A stretch of 64,000 bases of DNA from an uncultured Candidatus Saccharibacteria bacterium (GCA_964648765.1 CAZYLF010000001.1:12155-76154); one strand, 5' to 3'; positions 18,652-28,950 are shown, counted from the first letter of the stretch. Translations and numbers: made by a program. Notes: a model not told the origin generated them from the letters alone.

Positions 18652-18653
18652 CT

Positions 18654-18725
18654 GCCCCTGTAGTTAAATGGATATAACTGCGGACTTCTAAGCCGCTATT
18701 GTAGGTTCGATTCCTACCGGGGGCA
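18654..18725 (+). tRNA. tRNA-Arg(TCT)
   Basis: anticodon loop CTTCTAA; T-arm GTAGGTTCGATTCCTAC. Confidence 0.92.
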
Positions 18726-18736
18726 CAAAATAATCA

Positions 18737-19369
18737 ATGGAAGGATTTAATAATAGATCAAACTCAAACGAGGAAATTTCAGTTGATTTTAATGAAGCAA
18801 TTGGCGACCCTCAAAAACTGAGGTCACTTGTGGAGGGTAGTCATGTTTACAATAATGACGAAACTTGTACTCCCAAGGAAATGTGGCAAGAATGGGAACG
18901 TGCACGACGTTTCATTACTTTAGCTATCAACAAGGATGGCTCCTTCCTCGACTACGGAAGTGCCAACGGTTTACTTTTAAAATCTCTTCAAGTTTGGTCG
19001 CCATATAAAATTGATCCCTACGGTTTGGATATAGATAAAAAAGCAATTGAAAAAGCTAAGGAACTTTTCCCGAACCAAACAGATCATTTTGTAACCCCCG
19101 AAGACGCAGAAATAGCAAAAAATTTCCCGAAAAACTTTGATTTTGTGTATTGGAATGTTTGGGACAATTATGAGATTCGCCATAATGATAGTCTAATTAA
19201 AAAATTAAAAGGCTCGACAAATAATGGTGGTCGACTAATTTTAGGTTTTTATGAGTCAAAGGAGAGTAACAAAAAGAAAATCGAACAACTAATAACCTTG
19301 GGTTTTAAGTCGTCTCAAATTATAGAAAATCCTGCAGGCGGGGATGAAATGATTGTTTGGTTTGATTAA
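18737..19369 (+). CDS. class I SAM-dependent methyltransferase-like protein
   Basis: FLDYGSANG motif I, GLDID, FDFV, GGRLIL. Confidence 0.75.
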   Translation: MEGFNNRSNSNEEISVDFNEAIGDPQKLRSLVEGSHVYNNDETCTPKEMWQEWERARRFITLAINKDGSFLDYGSANGLLLKSLQVWSPYKIDPYGLDIDKKAIEKAKELFPNQTDHFVTPEDAEIAKNFPKNFDFVYWNVWDNYEIRHNDSLIKKLKGSTNNGGRLILGFYESKESNKKKIEQLITLGFKSSQIIENPAGGDEMIVWFD

Positions 19370-19373
19370 AAGA

Positions 19374-19403
19374 TCCCCAGCACCAAAGTTTCGGTGCTGG
19401 GGA
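19374..19403. terminator. hairpin terminator between convergent genes
   Basis: tccccagcacc-loop-ggtgctgggga. Confidence 0.7.
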
Positions 19404-19411
19404 AATAAATT

Positions 19412-20098
19412 TTACCTTCCGATTTTTCGGGCAAGAGTACGAACTTTATCTGGATTCAATTCCGTATGAGAATCACTAACACCTGTTGCAACCAAAAAAC
19501 AATCACAATGCGGCATATACTCCTCAACGTTTTCAGAAGTAATACCGCTGGCAATGGCTAAAGGATGATCTCCGATCGCATTTTTCATTGCACGGATTTT
19601 TCTAAGACTCGGGGCCAAGCCTGTGCCCTCACCGCTGGTAGTAACCACGTCCACAAACGGCACGGCTAACTTCGCCACCTTGCCCACATCAACGACCTCT
19701 TCTTGATACTTGAAAGCAACTCCACCAAAATAGATTCCTTGCCAGCCACATTTTTCTCGCAAATGACGGAACTCTAGGGCCATTTTAACATTGCCATCTT
19801 CCTTGACCCCGGTGTCATCCACCCACAACCCGGAGATATTTTTTGGAACAACTTCAATGGCAGACCTCCCGAGGTCGAGGCAATTCAGGCCAATCCACAA
19901 ATCTGGCAATCGCTCCCTTATAGCTCGATAACACTCAAAAAGCTGATTGTAAGTAATATGGTGATTAATGAGAAAAATTCCACCCGCCCCGCCGTCTGCG
20001 GCGATGCGAGCATTTCGCAAAGCCTGAACCTTGTCTTCGGCATGCACGACAGCAAGAAAGACATGACTAAACCGAAACACCCTTCTAAAACTACTCAT
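19412..20098 (-). CDS. BtpA/SgcQ-like TIM-barrel protein
   Basis: GGVAFKY, DVVTTSGEGTG, LAIASGIT..NV, DCFLVATG. Confidence 0.7.
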   Translation of the reverse strand: MSSFRRVFRFSHVFLAVVHAEDKVQALRNARIAADGGAGGIFLINHHITYNQLFECYRAIRERLPDLWIGLNCLDLGRSAIEVVPKNISGLWVDDTGVKEDGNVKMALEFRHLREKCGWQGIYFGGVAFKYQEEVVDVGKVAKLAVPFVDVVTTSGEGTGLAPSLRKIRAMKNAIGDHPLAIASGITSENVEEYMPHCDCFLVATGVSDSHTELNPDKVRTLARKIGR

Positions 20099-20208
20099 TA
20101 TTCGCTCTCCTTATTTACTGTTCAAACCTAACCCAACCTAAACTAAACTAACTATGTCCCAACATGGCTCAGAAGTCAAAGAAGATTTTATTTCGGAGCA
20201 ACTTCAGA

Positions 20209-20661
20209 CTATTTAATTTTGAACCCCACGACTATATTTTTTTCTATCTCGAGCATGGCCTTGTCTAAGTCAAAATTTTCTGACTTGATCACTAATGCGC
20301 AATTTTTCATTCCTGAAGAAATCGCTGGATCCGGCACGTCTGGTGTGTCATCTTTTAGATAAACTTCTTCAATTCTATGCTCTCTACCATCTAAATCTAC
20401 GAGAGTCATTCCGGGTCCGATCGACACATTAAATGGTTCGCCAAAAAATTGGATTAATCCCCTATCTGGAGACTCCACAGAGTCCGCAATAAAAAATTTT
20501 TCACCCCGCATTTGTTTTTTTAATTCCTCCACCTTAGAGTCAATTACTTCTGTATTTCTTTTTTGAAACAAACTCAAAAGATAAGACGCTAAATAAAGCA
20601 CAATAAAGACCGGCACGAGTTTAAGCACTAACTCAAAAAATATTGTTTTTATAATCAACAT
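20209..20661 (-). CDS. hypothetical membrane-anchored protein
   Basis: N-terminal hydrophobic helix followed by beta-rich domain. Confidence 0.55.
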   Translation of the reverse strand: MLIIKTIFFELVLKLVPVFIVLYLASYLLSLFQKRNTEVIDSKVEELKKQMRGEKFFIADSVESPDRGLIQFFGEPFNVSIGPGMTLVDLDGREHRIEEVYLKDDTPDVPDPAISSGMKNCALVIKSENFDLDKAMLEIEKNIVVGFKIK

Positions 20662-20676
20662 ATTGAGGAGAAATAA

Positions 20677-21015
20677 TTACTTCGGAGCTACAGACGGATC
20701 AGGGAGGAGAGGTTTTTGGGATTGGTATTTTTTTAAATTTTCGGCTCGGAGGTCAAGATAATTTGAGAGTTTGGTGATATCCTCCCGGCTAATGTTTTCA
20801 ATTCTTGCTGCAGATTGCCCACCTTCACCCACTACCTCCTTTTGTGTAGCCGAAAAAAGGTAATACAACCCAGCCAAGCCACCAACTAACAATATCACCG
20901 AGACAAGCACAAAGGTTCGCCAAGCAAAATTAGGATGAAAATGGAGTTGGGTTTTATCTTTCCCTTTTATCTTAAACTTACCCCCCTTCCCTTTTTTAAA
21001 AATATTCCAATTCAT
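20677..21015 (-). CDS. pilus assembly-associated membrane protein (PilP position)
   Basis: single TM, C-terminal LPDPS; follows pilMNO. Confidence 0.55.
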   Translation of the reverse strand: MNWNIFKKGKGGKFKIKGKDKTQLHFHPNFAWRTFVLVSVILLVGGLAGLYYLFSATQKEVVGEGGQSAARIENISREDITKLSNYLDLRAENLKKYQSQKPLLPDPSVAPK

Positions 21016-21018
21016 ATT

Positions 21019-21579
21019 TTAATTTTCTTTAAAACTTAAAAGCGTGGCATCAAAACTGGCCGACCACCATGCAGTATTTTTATTTGCTGCAGTGGGCAAA
21101 TCCACAAGCTTAAGATCAACTCGGTTAAAAAATAATTTAAACTGAGAATTCTCGATCAAATTCATAAACTGCATTAAATTATTAAACGGCCCCTCAGCAC
21201 TAAAGTTTGCTGCCAAAGCGTCTCGCTTTTCAAAACTGGTTTTACCAACTGACTGAAAACGAAAATCAACACCAGAGGTTTTTGAGAGAGCTTCCATCCT
21301 TTCAATCACCAAATTGAAGGTATCGGTATCCACAAAATACGGGTCGAGCTTAGGGCGGAAATCTTTAAGCTCTGTGGCAAGCTTTGAAAGGTTCTCCACG
21401 TCATTTCGTTTTTGAGATAAGTCTTTGAGCTCAACGGCACTTTTAAGCAAGTCTCGCTCCGCTCGCAAGAGTAAAACAGACAATCCCGCCACCCCCGCAA
21501 TAAGGAGCACGGTAAAAACTAGTGAGATAATTAAAGCTGAACCTTTCTGTAAATTAGTTTTCATTTTATTTTTTTTCAT
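21019..21579 (-). CDS. PilO-like protein
   Basis: TM, coiled coil, then AEGPFNNLMQFMNLIEN ferredoxin-like motif. Confidence 0.7.
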   Translation of the reverse strand: MKKNKMKTNLQKGSALIISLVFTVLLIAGVAGLSVLLLRAERDLLKSAVELKDLSQKRNDVENLSKLATELKDFRPKLDPYFVDTDTFNLVIERMEALSKTSGVDFRFQSVGKTSFEKRDALAANFSAEGPFNNLMQFMNLIENSQFKLFFNRVDLKLVDLPTAANKNTAWWSASFDATLLSFKEN

Positions 21580-22123
21580 CGTTGAAGTCTAAGTTGATGA
21601 TGAAATTAACATCTCTCTCATTTAAAAGCACATCAATCGGGTAAGAAATATCGGTAAGCAATGGATCCAATTTAAGAGCATTGATAAAATCCAAAAATTG
21701 CTGCCTTGTGGCGGCGTTACCATCAAGCGCTAGTTCAACTTTGTTTAAAGCTTGAGGACTCCGAGTATAAAACAAACCTCGCCAAGTAATGCCCGGGCGA
21801 CGCACCTCAAGCATGTGTTGCCACACCTCCGTAACTGGAATATTAGTTTCAAGATCTACTTTAAGAATTTTTACCTTGTCAGCCAACCCCCCCAATTCGC
21901 TTTGTAAAGTATTTACTTCAAATTTTTCTGACTCTTTGCGAGCCGTCTCAAGCTCCCTCATAAGTGCAGATTGACGCAAGCTTACCACTAAATAAAGCGA
22001 GCCAATCCCCACAAAAAAAATGATTAACAAACTCATTAAAAGCCCCGCGGCCACCGTGGCTAAGCGCGCGCGATAAGTGTGACGCACTCGATCCTTATCT
22101 TCAGGTAAAATTAAATTAATCAT
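21566..22123 (-). CDS. PilN-like protein
   Basis: MINLILP PilM-binding motif, TM, coiled coil. Confidence 0.78.
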   Translation of the reverse strand: MINLILPEDKDRVRHTYRARLATVAAGLLMSLLIIFFVGIGSLYLVVSLRQSALMRELETARKESEKFEVNTLQSELGGLADKVKILKVDLETNIPVTEVWQHMLEVRRPGITWRGLFYTRSPQALNKVELALDGNAATRQQFLDFINALKLDPLLTDISYPIDVLLNERDVNFIINLDFNDEKK

Positions 22124-22127
22124 AAAT

Positions 22128-23213
22128 TTATCGTGGTACGTTACGGAGCGCCAAACCCATGGCCGTGGCGTAGCGGAGTGATTGATTAAAGGTCATGGGT
22201 GGGAGAGTGGTATCCATAAGGTGGGTGTTGGTCCACACATTTCCAATCTCAACCGGTACGCCCAAGCTCATGGCTAAATATTCCGCAAGTCCTGGTAAAG
22301 TGGCCTGACCGCCGCCAAGTACCACGCGTTCAATTTTTTCTTTTTTACGTCCAGTAGTTTTAGACTCCCAAAAATTATACTGCTTAGCGATTTCATCTTT
22401 AAGAATTGAGACGATTGGGATTACAGAAAATAATAACTCTTTCTCCCGCCTAGAATGAAGTAAGCCCTTAGTGATTTTAATTTTTTCTGCAGTAGCATAA
22501 TCTACCTTTAAATTTTTTTGAATAGCTTTGGTAATATCCTCGCCGCCAATATTATTAACCGTTGAAGAAAAAAAGGCTTTATGTCCACTTACCACCAAAA
22601 AACTGGTTCGGGTTTTACCAAAATCTACCACTAACGTGGTTTCGCGGGTGTGGAAAGGTGTAAGAGCGCGAGCAATCGCCTGTGCCTCAATCTCAAGTGC
22701 GAGTAGTTCAAGCCCAGCATTTTTAAGCGTATTTGAGTAACTTGCCACAGTACTAATAGGCATTACCGACACCACAACATCAAAGGTATCTGCTTCAGAT
22801 TCAGGGTGATGTAAAATCTCATAATCAAACACAGCCTCCTTGGCAGGAATTGGCACATGTTCCTCAAGTCCAAGCTCAATCGCCCCTCTTAATTCATCTA
22901 AACCCATCGCCGGCATGGGGATACGCACAATATACGCCTCCTCCTCAGGCAATGAAGCAAAGACTTTCTTAATTCCCTGCTCCACTTTTAGTGAGCGTAG
23001 AATCTCTTCCAGCTTTTTTTGATCCTTTATTTCACCAGCCTCAATGATTCCTACTGGAATCTCCTTCTCTCCAAATTTTTTAACTAGGTAAGAATCACCC
23101 TTTGGCATCAATTCCAAATACTTCACCGACTGATCGGAAATGTCTAAGCCCACGGCCGGCATCTCAAGATATTTTGGAGTCGGAAAAAGTTTGTGAAATA
23201 AGCTACGAGGCAT
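22128..23213 (-). CDS. pilM: type IV pilus assembly protein PilM (copy 2)
   Basis: GLDISDQSVK, VDFGKTRT, GGGQATLPGL, ATAMGLALR. Confidence 0.9.
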   Translation of the reverse strand: MPRSLFHKLFPTPKYLEMPAVGLDISDQSVKYLELMPKGDSYLVKKFGEKEIPVGIIEAGEIKDQKKLEEILRSLKVEQGIKKVFASLPEEEAYIVRIPMPAMGLDELRGAIELGLEEHVPIPAKEAVFDYEILHHPESEADTFDVVVSVMPISTVASYSNTLKNAGLELLALEIEAQAIARALTPFHTRETTLVVDFGKTRTSFLVVSGHKAFFSSTVNNIGGEDITKAIQKNLKVDYATAEKIKITKGLLHSRREKELLFSVIPIVSILKDEIAKQYNFWESKTTGRKKEKIERVVLGGGQATLPGLAEYLAMSLGVPVEIGNVWTNTHLMDTTLPPMTFNQSLRYATAMGLALRNVPR

Positions 23214-23221
23214 CCATTATA

Positions 23222-23605
23222 TTATAAATGAAGACTCTCCAGGTAGCGAGTGAGTATCACCGTGGCCGCCCGAGCGTCTACGTTTCTTTTTGATTTTATC
23301 TCGCGAGTTGCTTCATTGGTAGTGAATCTTTCATCACACCAATTTATCTCTAAACCGCTCTTCAGACCAAGCTCCCGAGCAAAACTCTCGCTTTCAGTTT
23401 GCATTGGATTTGGCGCGCCATCTTGATTTAGTGATTTGCCCACCACGATCTTCCCCACCCCTTTTTCATTAATTATTTTTAAAATATTCCCTAAGAGATT
23501 TTTGTCATTTTTAATTACGTCACCAGGAAAAGCCACTCTGCCCTCCTCGTCTGAGGTGGCCCAACCTATTTTATGACTGCCGTAATCGATTCCTAAATAT
23601 CGCAC
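23222..23605 (-). CDS. ruvX: Holliday junction resolvase-like RuvX/YqgF
   Basis: LGIDYGSHKIG, DERFTT, DARAA. Confidence 0.9.
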   Translation of the reverse strand: MRYLGIDYGSHKIGWATSDEEGRVAFPGDVIKNDKNLLGNILKIINEKGVGKIVVGKSLNQDGAPNPMQTESESFARELGLKSGLEINWCDERFTTNEATREIKSKRNVDARAATVILTRYLESLHL

Positions 23606-23614
23606 AAGTTTGGC

Positions 23615-23902
23615 TTACACGCCGAGTTCTTGATTTAGTTTTTCTAATCTTATTTCATCGTTAGCTTTTCCCTCTTCTTTATCTATTTTTTTGAGACTCG
23701 TCAGGGCGTCAGCAAGAACTGCTTTGTAATCCTCGTTGGCCGTATTGCAAATATTTAAGTAAATAAAAGCCAAGTTGACCAAAGCCTCCCCCTTTTCCTC
23801 CTCAGACATTGGCTGTGTTATGAACTCAGCAATCAATGAGCGGGCACCAGTAAGGTCATTTTCTTCAAGAAGATTTTCTAATTTAATAATATCAATCGTC
23901 AT
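23615..23902 (-). CDS. hypothetical acidic helical protein
   Basis: operon-like spacing with neighbours. Confidence 0.6.
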   Translation of the reverse strand: MTIDIIKLENLLEENDLTGARSLIAEFITQPMSEEEKGEALVNLAFIYLNICNTANEDYKAVLADALTSLKKIDKEEGKANDEIRLEKLNQELGV

Positions 23903-23912
23903 AAATTATATT

Positions 23913-25094
23913 TTAAATTGTTTTGACCAAAAGCCGAGCAATCATAATCTTTTTAGCTTTTGAATCAGTGTCAGCACCGGTTAATTTGGCACTCTCCTCA
24001 GTAAGTATCGTTCTTACAAAATCTTTTATTGCCACACCAGTTTTATTACCAATATTTTCCCGCGTTATCAACTTCTCAATCGTGTCTGACAACTCTTTAA
24101 AAGAGCCCGTATTTAAACCATTATTTTCAACCGCATCCTTGATTGCCCTAACCACCTTGGCATCAGTTTTTTGGTTAATTGTTTCAGTCAAACTGATTTG
24201 ACCAGCTTTATCCTCAAAAATATCTACCTTAAACTGGCTTTTTTCTGAAGCTGCACTAAAATCCCTCATCTTTTTTACTGCTTCATCTAAACTCTCAAGA
24301 GTGCTCTCCTTGTTAGTTAGCTCCTTTAAAATAGATGTGGCCCGCGCCTGTATCACCTCTTTAATACCGCCTATCTCGCCAGCCAATTCCAAAACGCTAC
24401 CCCTTAGAACTTTGAGGCTTTTCTCGTGTTGGTGTTTTTTGGCTTCTAGATCCTTAACTTTTTTCAGCTCTATATTTATTTGTAGATATTCTTCAGTGGT
24501 GGCAATAAACATATCGCTTCTCTCTCGTTCATTTATAACTTGATTACTATCACTAAACTCCTTTGCTAAATCACGTTTCTTTTTTGCATCCTCAAAAAAG
24601 TAACCCCTAGAGAGAATATTTATCCCATGCTTACCGATCGTGCTCCAATCGTAGGCCCCCTTCATCTCCTCTAACTTTTTAGCTTTTATCACCTTTTCCC
24701 TATAACTAATTGCGAGATCATTTCTTTTACCCAAACCGCTTAATTCATTTTCGAGTTCTGCAATTTTCTTTGGTGTTTCAACAAAACTTGCCAAGCTCTG
24801 CTCCAAAAGAATAATTTTCTCTGGGTTTTCTAGTGCCTGTTTATCTAAATACACATCCATTGAGTTTAGGTCCGCATCGCCTAATTCTACCCCAAGCTGT
24901 TCTTTAATCTGATTACGATATAAATCTTTAAGTTCAGTTTTTACTTTTTCTTTAAAATTAAAGACATCAAAACGTTCTTTGAGTTTAGCCTCGTCACTCA
25001 TGTTAAACGACTCAGAATCAGCGTGACTAGCTAAAAATTTAAGGAAATCCTTATTTGAGAGCTCTTGATCAATATTAAATTTTTTCGCTTCCAT
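23913..25094 (-). CDS. hypothetical coiled-coil protein
   Basis: long K/E-rich ORF. Confidence 0.65.
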   Translation of the reverse strand: MEAKKFNIDQELSNKDFLKFLASHADSESFNMSDEAKLKERFDVFNFKEKVKTELKDLYRNQIKEQLGVELGDADLNSMDVYLDKQALENPEKIILLEQSLASFVETPKKIAELENELSGLGKRNDLAISYREKVIKAKKLEEMKGAYDWSTIGKHGINILSRGYFFEDAKKKRDLAKEFSDSNQVINERERSDMFIATTEEYLQINIELKKVKDLEAKKHQHEKSLKVLRGSVLELAGEIGGIKEVIQARATSILKELTNKESTLESLDEAVKKMRDFSAASEKSQFKVDIFEDKAGQISLTETINQKTDAKVVRAIKDAVENNGLNTGSFKELSDTIEKLITRENIGNKTGVAIKDFVRTILTEESAKLTGADTDSKAKKIMIARLLVKTI

Positions 25095-25107
25095 ATTTTA
25101 GATATTA

Positions 25108-27870
25108 TCACTTATTTTTATATTTTTCCATCACCTCCTCTTCCACCTCACTGCGAGGTCGACCGAAGGTAATTAGCGACACTTCTCTCAATTTAGCAAC
25201 TTGCTCAAAATTGCCTTTACTTGGTGGCAAAGTTTCAACATTAAAGGGCTTAACTGGGCGTCCGTTTGAAAGTAACCTGAGGTATGCGTGTCGATTATCC
25301 AAATTAATAATATCGTTTTTGGTAAATATTGGAGTAAATTGTCGTTCTAAAAATTCGGCATCCTCAATACCTACCCGAAACACCGCCATCGACCCCACGT
25401 TGCCAAACACGGCATTTTTAATCTTTTCTTCAACCTGACCAATAAATTGGTGAGCAATTGTTAAGGAGAGGCGATATTTGCGAGCTTCCGACAAAATGGT
25501 CGCAATCGAATCGGTGGTAATGTTTTGGAACTCATCAAGATACAAAAAGAAGTCAGACATCCGCGATCCTAAATTATCAACGCGGGAAAGTGCTGCCATT
25601 AAAATCTTACCCACTAAAATCAAACCAATTAAATGTGAGTTGATATCGCCCAAACGACCCTTTGATAAGTTAACGAGTAAAATCTTTTTACTATCCATAA
25701 TTTCTCGAAGATTAAAAGAGGATTTTTCTTGAGAAATAATCGGTCGCATTATTTCATTTGCTAAAAACACATCAAACTTAGAGGTGATGTAAGGCACAAT
25801 GTTGGCAAGTGAGGCCTCACCACCCGCCTTCTCGGCGATCTCCTTCCAAAACTGCACGACGATTGGATTTTTGCAACGAGAAATTTTTAAGTCACGAAAC
25901 GCCTTGTTCGCCATCACTCGCGACACATCAAGCAAGGTTGAACCAGATTCAGGATCCTCAATTACCAACATGGTGGCATTACGGAAATATTGCTCAAACA
26001 TCGGACCCATCGACTCAGGCACTGCTCCATAAAGTTTTTGAAAAATACTAAACATCTCATTAACCACAAAAGTTTTTTGTTCTGGAAAATTGTGATCAAA
26101 CTCAAGCATATTAAGTGCCATGGCTCGAGTAGTGTCAGCAGGGTCAAAATAAATAACGTCTTTGAAACGTTCCTGCGGAATATTAGCTAGAATATCTTGG
26201 ACATCTGAACCGTGAGGATCAATAAAACAAACTCCGGAACCATCTTTAATATCCTGCACAATCATATTTTTAAGTAATGTGGTTTTACCAGTGCCAGTTT
26301 GACCAATTACATAAAAGTGGCGCATTCGATCCTCTGCCCCCACATACACACTAGTCTCCTCACCACGGTGGCGGTTAATACCAATCAACGTGCCAGATGT
26401 AGGCAGATCAAGCGGCGGTGACGCCGTGCCAGCTTTATTTTGCTTTAATTGTGGTGCGGCTTTACCTTCAGAAGTGGCAGGAAAATGAATAAGGGTTGTT
26501 GCTTCTGATAAATTAATTACAAACTGTTCGTCCTCATTAAAAATTCTGAATGAAAAATTTCTCAAAACTTTTTTAAGGTCTCCTTTTTTATATCGATTCC
26601 AATTTAAACGATTACCATAACCATTTTCAAATTGATTAAAACTTGATTCAATATCCTCAATTATTGCATCAGCTTCAGCCTCACTTTTAGAAGAAACGAT
26701 TAGGCGTAAATTAACACCCACTAGTGGTGATTTGAGTTTTTTTACAAACTGCTCAATTGCTACCTGATCTACCGCTCCGGCAAGTTTTGTTTTTTCTTGT
26801 TTTTCTTTCTCCTTACTTTCATTACTCTTAAAAAAGCTGAGAAATTCCTTTGCTACAACAGTGCCAAAAGTCTGCTTCATCTCCTTAAGCGCCTCACTTA
26901 TTTTTGCTCCTTTTCTGATTTTTTCGATTGCTTTTTGTGATTTTTTCACCAATTCGTCTTGTCTACCACCAAAAATAAATTGGATGGCAGCCCCTTCGCC
27001 ATCACGATCAATTTTAGAAAAACTGTTTAAAATTGTACTGAGTGGGTCGAAATCAAACTCTTCATAAAACTTTAGTGGGTAAAGAAAATTATTAGCTAAC
27101 TTGGCCACCGACCCCACGGTTACTCCGTCCGGGTTAAAAATATTATAATCATTTTTATGTTCTTCAATTCGTGCCCCAGGGAAAATGGCAATGATTTGCT
27201 TCTCGAGTAATATTTTTTTATTTGTCGGGACAGAGACATAAAAAACAAATTGGTCACTGCCATTTGCATTTGCAATTTCAATTGAAAAATTATTTTCATT
27301 ACTCAAGCTACTTTGCCCCGAAAGCATGCCAGCATAAAATTGCTCCATGCTTGAGATGAGCTCTTTCAATCTCTTACCCTTATCTTCATTAAAGCTTTCG
27401 GGCAGACTAACCTCAAAAAGTGCCATATGTAAAGGTTTCCACATCGGGCTCGATTCCTTGAGGTCGTTTGCCTTATGACCAGTGGAAATATACTGGATTA
27501 AAAAACGATGAAAATCGTCCTCAAGATGAGGGTTGCCCATCTTAGCTAAAACCGAAAGCGCATTCTTTAACCCCCTACTTTCCATCACCCCCAAAAGATG
27601 TTCAATTTGCTTATCATGAGCTTCGGGCGCCAAATCTAGGGTAATTGCCTCGGCTTCAGTCTGACTTATCTGACGATTAGGGGCTAATACCTTTTCTGGT
27701 GCAGTATTTGCATAGGCTTTAATCACCTCAGCGCCCACTTGGGCCGGTGCCGCCTCCCGACCCTCGGCCTTTTCGGCTTCAATGTGACGCTTAACCTCAT
27801 TTTTGAGGTGAGCAATTTCTGCCTCCGGGCTATCAAAAACTATCGGTTGCTCTGGAGTAAATTTATCCAT
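25108..27870 (-). CDS. VirD4/TrwB/HerA-like ATPase typical of CPR
   Basis: RHFYVIGQTGTGKT, FIDPHG, LYLDEFQN, LSEARKYRL. Confidence 0.88.
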   Translation of the reverse strand: MDKFTPEQPIVFDSPEAEIAHLKNEVKRHIEAEKAEGREAAPAQVGAEVIKAYANTAPEKVLAPNRQISQTEAEAITLDLAPEAHDKQIEHLLGVMESRGLKNALSVLAKMGNPHLEDDFHRFLIQYISTGHKANDLKESSPMWKPLHMALFEVSLPESFNEDKGKRLKELISSMEQFYAGMLSGQSSLSNENNFSIEIANANGSDQFVFYVSVPTNKKILLEKQIIAIFPGARIEEHKNDYNIFNPDGVTVGSVAKLANNFLYPLKFYEEFDFDPLSTILNSFSKIDRDGEGAAIQFIFGGRQDELVKKSQKAIEKIRKGAKISEALKEMKQTFGTVVAKEFLSFFKSNESKEKEKQEKTKLAGAVDQVAIEQFVKKLKSPLVGVNLRLIVSSKSEAEADAIIEDIESSFNQFENGYGNRLNWNRYKKGDLKKVLRNFSFRIFNEDEQFVINLSEATTLIHFPATSEGKAAPQLKQNKAGTASPPLDLPTSGTLIGINRHRGEETSVYVGAEDRMRHFYVIGQTGTGKTTLLKNMIVQDIKDGSGVCFIDPHGSDVQDILANIPQERFKDVIYFDPADTTRAMALNMLEFDHNFPEQKTFVVNEMFSIFQKLYGAVPESMGPMFEQYFRNATMLVIEDPESGSTLLDVSRVMANKAFRDLKISRCKNPIVVQFWKEIAEKAGGEASLANIVPYITSKFDVFLANEIMRPIISQEKSSFNLREIMDSKKILLVNLSKGRLGDINSHLIGLILVGKILMAALSRVDNLGSRMSDFFLYLDEFQNITTDSIATILSEARKYRLSLTIAHQFIGQVEEKIKNAVFGNVGSMAVFRVGIEDAEFLERQFTPIFTKNDIINLDNRHAYLRLLSNGRPVKPFNVETLPPSKGNFEQVAKLREVSLITFGRPRSEVEEEVMEKYKNK

Positions 27871-27896
27871 TTATCAGATTATGTTATCATATAATA

Positions 27897-28127
27897 ATGA
27901 ATCTTTTAACCCAGGTTAGTAATCTAGTTGAAACGAATCCAGAGATCTTTATTGCTCTCACAGTGTGGAGCTTGTTTTGGAAAGGTTTAGCGCTTTGGCG
28001 CGCCGCCCGTCTCTCCTCACGCAATTGGTTTATTGTGATCCTTATCCTAAACACCATTGGCATTTTAGAGATTATCTACCTCTACGTCATCACCCGCGAA
28101 AAAAGCCCAGAATCAGAAATTATTTAG
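27897..28127 (+). CDS. small membrane protein (DUF5652-like)
   Basis: WSLFWKGLALWRAAR...NTIGILEIIY. Confidence 0.75.
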   Translation: MNLLTQVSNLVETNPEIFIALTVWSLFWKGLALWRAARLSSRNWFIVILILNTIGILEIIYLYVITREKSPESEII

Positions 28128-28189
28128 AAAAAATAGTTTTACTCGGGAAATTCGAACTTTCTGTTATTTTCTGCTATAAATGAAGCCAC

Positions 28190-28279
28190 GGAGGAGTGGC
28201 TGAGTGGTTTAAGGCAACGGTCTTGAAAACCGTCATATCCGAAAGGGTATCGTGAGTTCGAATCTCACCTCCTCCGCCA
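28190..28279 (+). tRNA. tRNA-Ser(TGA)
   Basis: anticodon arm ACGGT-CTTGAAA-ACCGT; long variable arm; CCA encoded. Confidence 0.95.
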
Positions 28280-28659
28280 TGAATGAAGAAAAAATTGAGG
28301 CTACCTACTACAAAGACTTAAGTGATCAAATTAGATCGGCTTTATCTGAGTTTTATCAGGTCAATTCAGTGTTCGTATTGGCTGACACTTTTTTTATTAC
28401 ATTTGAACAAAACCCTAACAAGATTAACATTATAATTTTTATTATTATAAATTTGATCTGGCTAAAGACCATAGACCTAACTAATGAATGGATCACATTT
28501 TATATAGAAAAAGCCCGTAAATTATCAGAGGGGGAAACCCCTAGAATTACCAAAGAAAATAATCTTTGGTATGAAAAAACAGAAACTAGAAAGGGCCTTA
28601 GAAATTGGTTTTATTTTATTCCCATACTTTTCATAATCTTATTGGCTTCAAGACTTTAA
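28279..28659 (+). CDS. hypothetical low-GC membrane protein
   Basis: ATG overlaps the tRNA CCA; 2-3 hydrophobic segments. Confidence 0.5.
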   Translation: MNEEKIEATYYKDLSDQIRSALSEFYQVNSVFVLADTFFITFEQNPNKINIIIFIIINLIWLKTIDLTNEWITFYIEKARKLSEGETPRITKENNLWYEKTETRKGLRNWFYFIPILFIILLASRL

Positions 28660-28713
28660 AAAATATAATTTCCCAAAAAATAAACACTATTTCAAAAAGT
28701 ACAAAATAATTTT

Positions 28714-28950
28714 ATGAATCAAGACACAATTGAACTAGGAAAATATCGACACTATAAAACTGGCAAAGAATACGAGGTTATCGGCGTGGCTCATCATAGT
28801 GAAACTTTGGAACCGCTCGTTGTTTACAAAGCTCTATACGACTCCCCCGACTTTGGTGTTAATGCCATCTGGGTCCGACCACTTAAAATGTTTAAAGAAA
28901 AAGTAGCAAAAGGCGGAAAAGAAGTTTTAAGATTTGAAAAAATCAACTAA
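28714..28950 (+). CDS. DUF1653 family protein
   Basis: GKYRHYK, HSETLEPLVVYKALY, WVRPLKMF. Confidence 0.88.
   Translation: MNQDTIELGKYRHYKTGKEYEVIGVAHHSETLEPLVVYKALYDSPDFGVNAIWVRPLKMFKEKVAKGGKEVLRFEKIN

Noticed and set aside
20124-20154. Degenerate AACCT/AAACT short tandem repeats in the leader of the BtpA-like gene
   Set aside because: Too short and irregular to support a phase-variation or iteron call.
25108-27870. Conjugative element suggested by the VirD4-like ATPase
   Set aside because: No relaxase, VirB4, integrase or att sites; such ATPases are common chromosomal genes in CPR.
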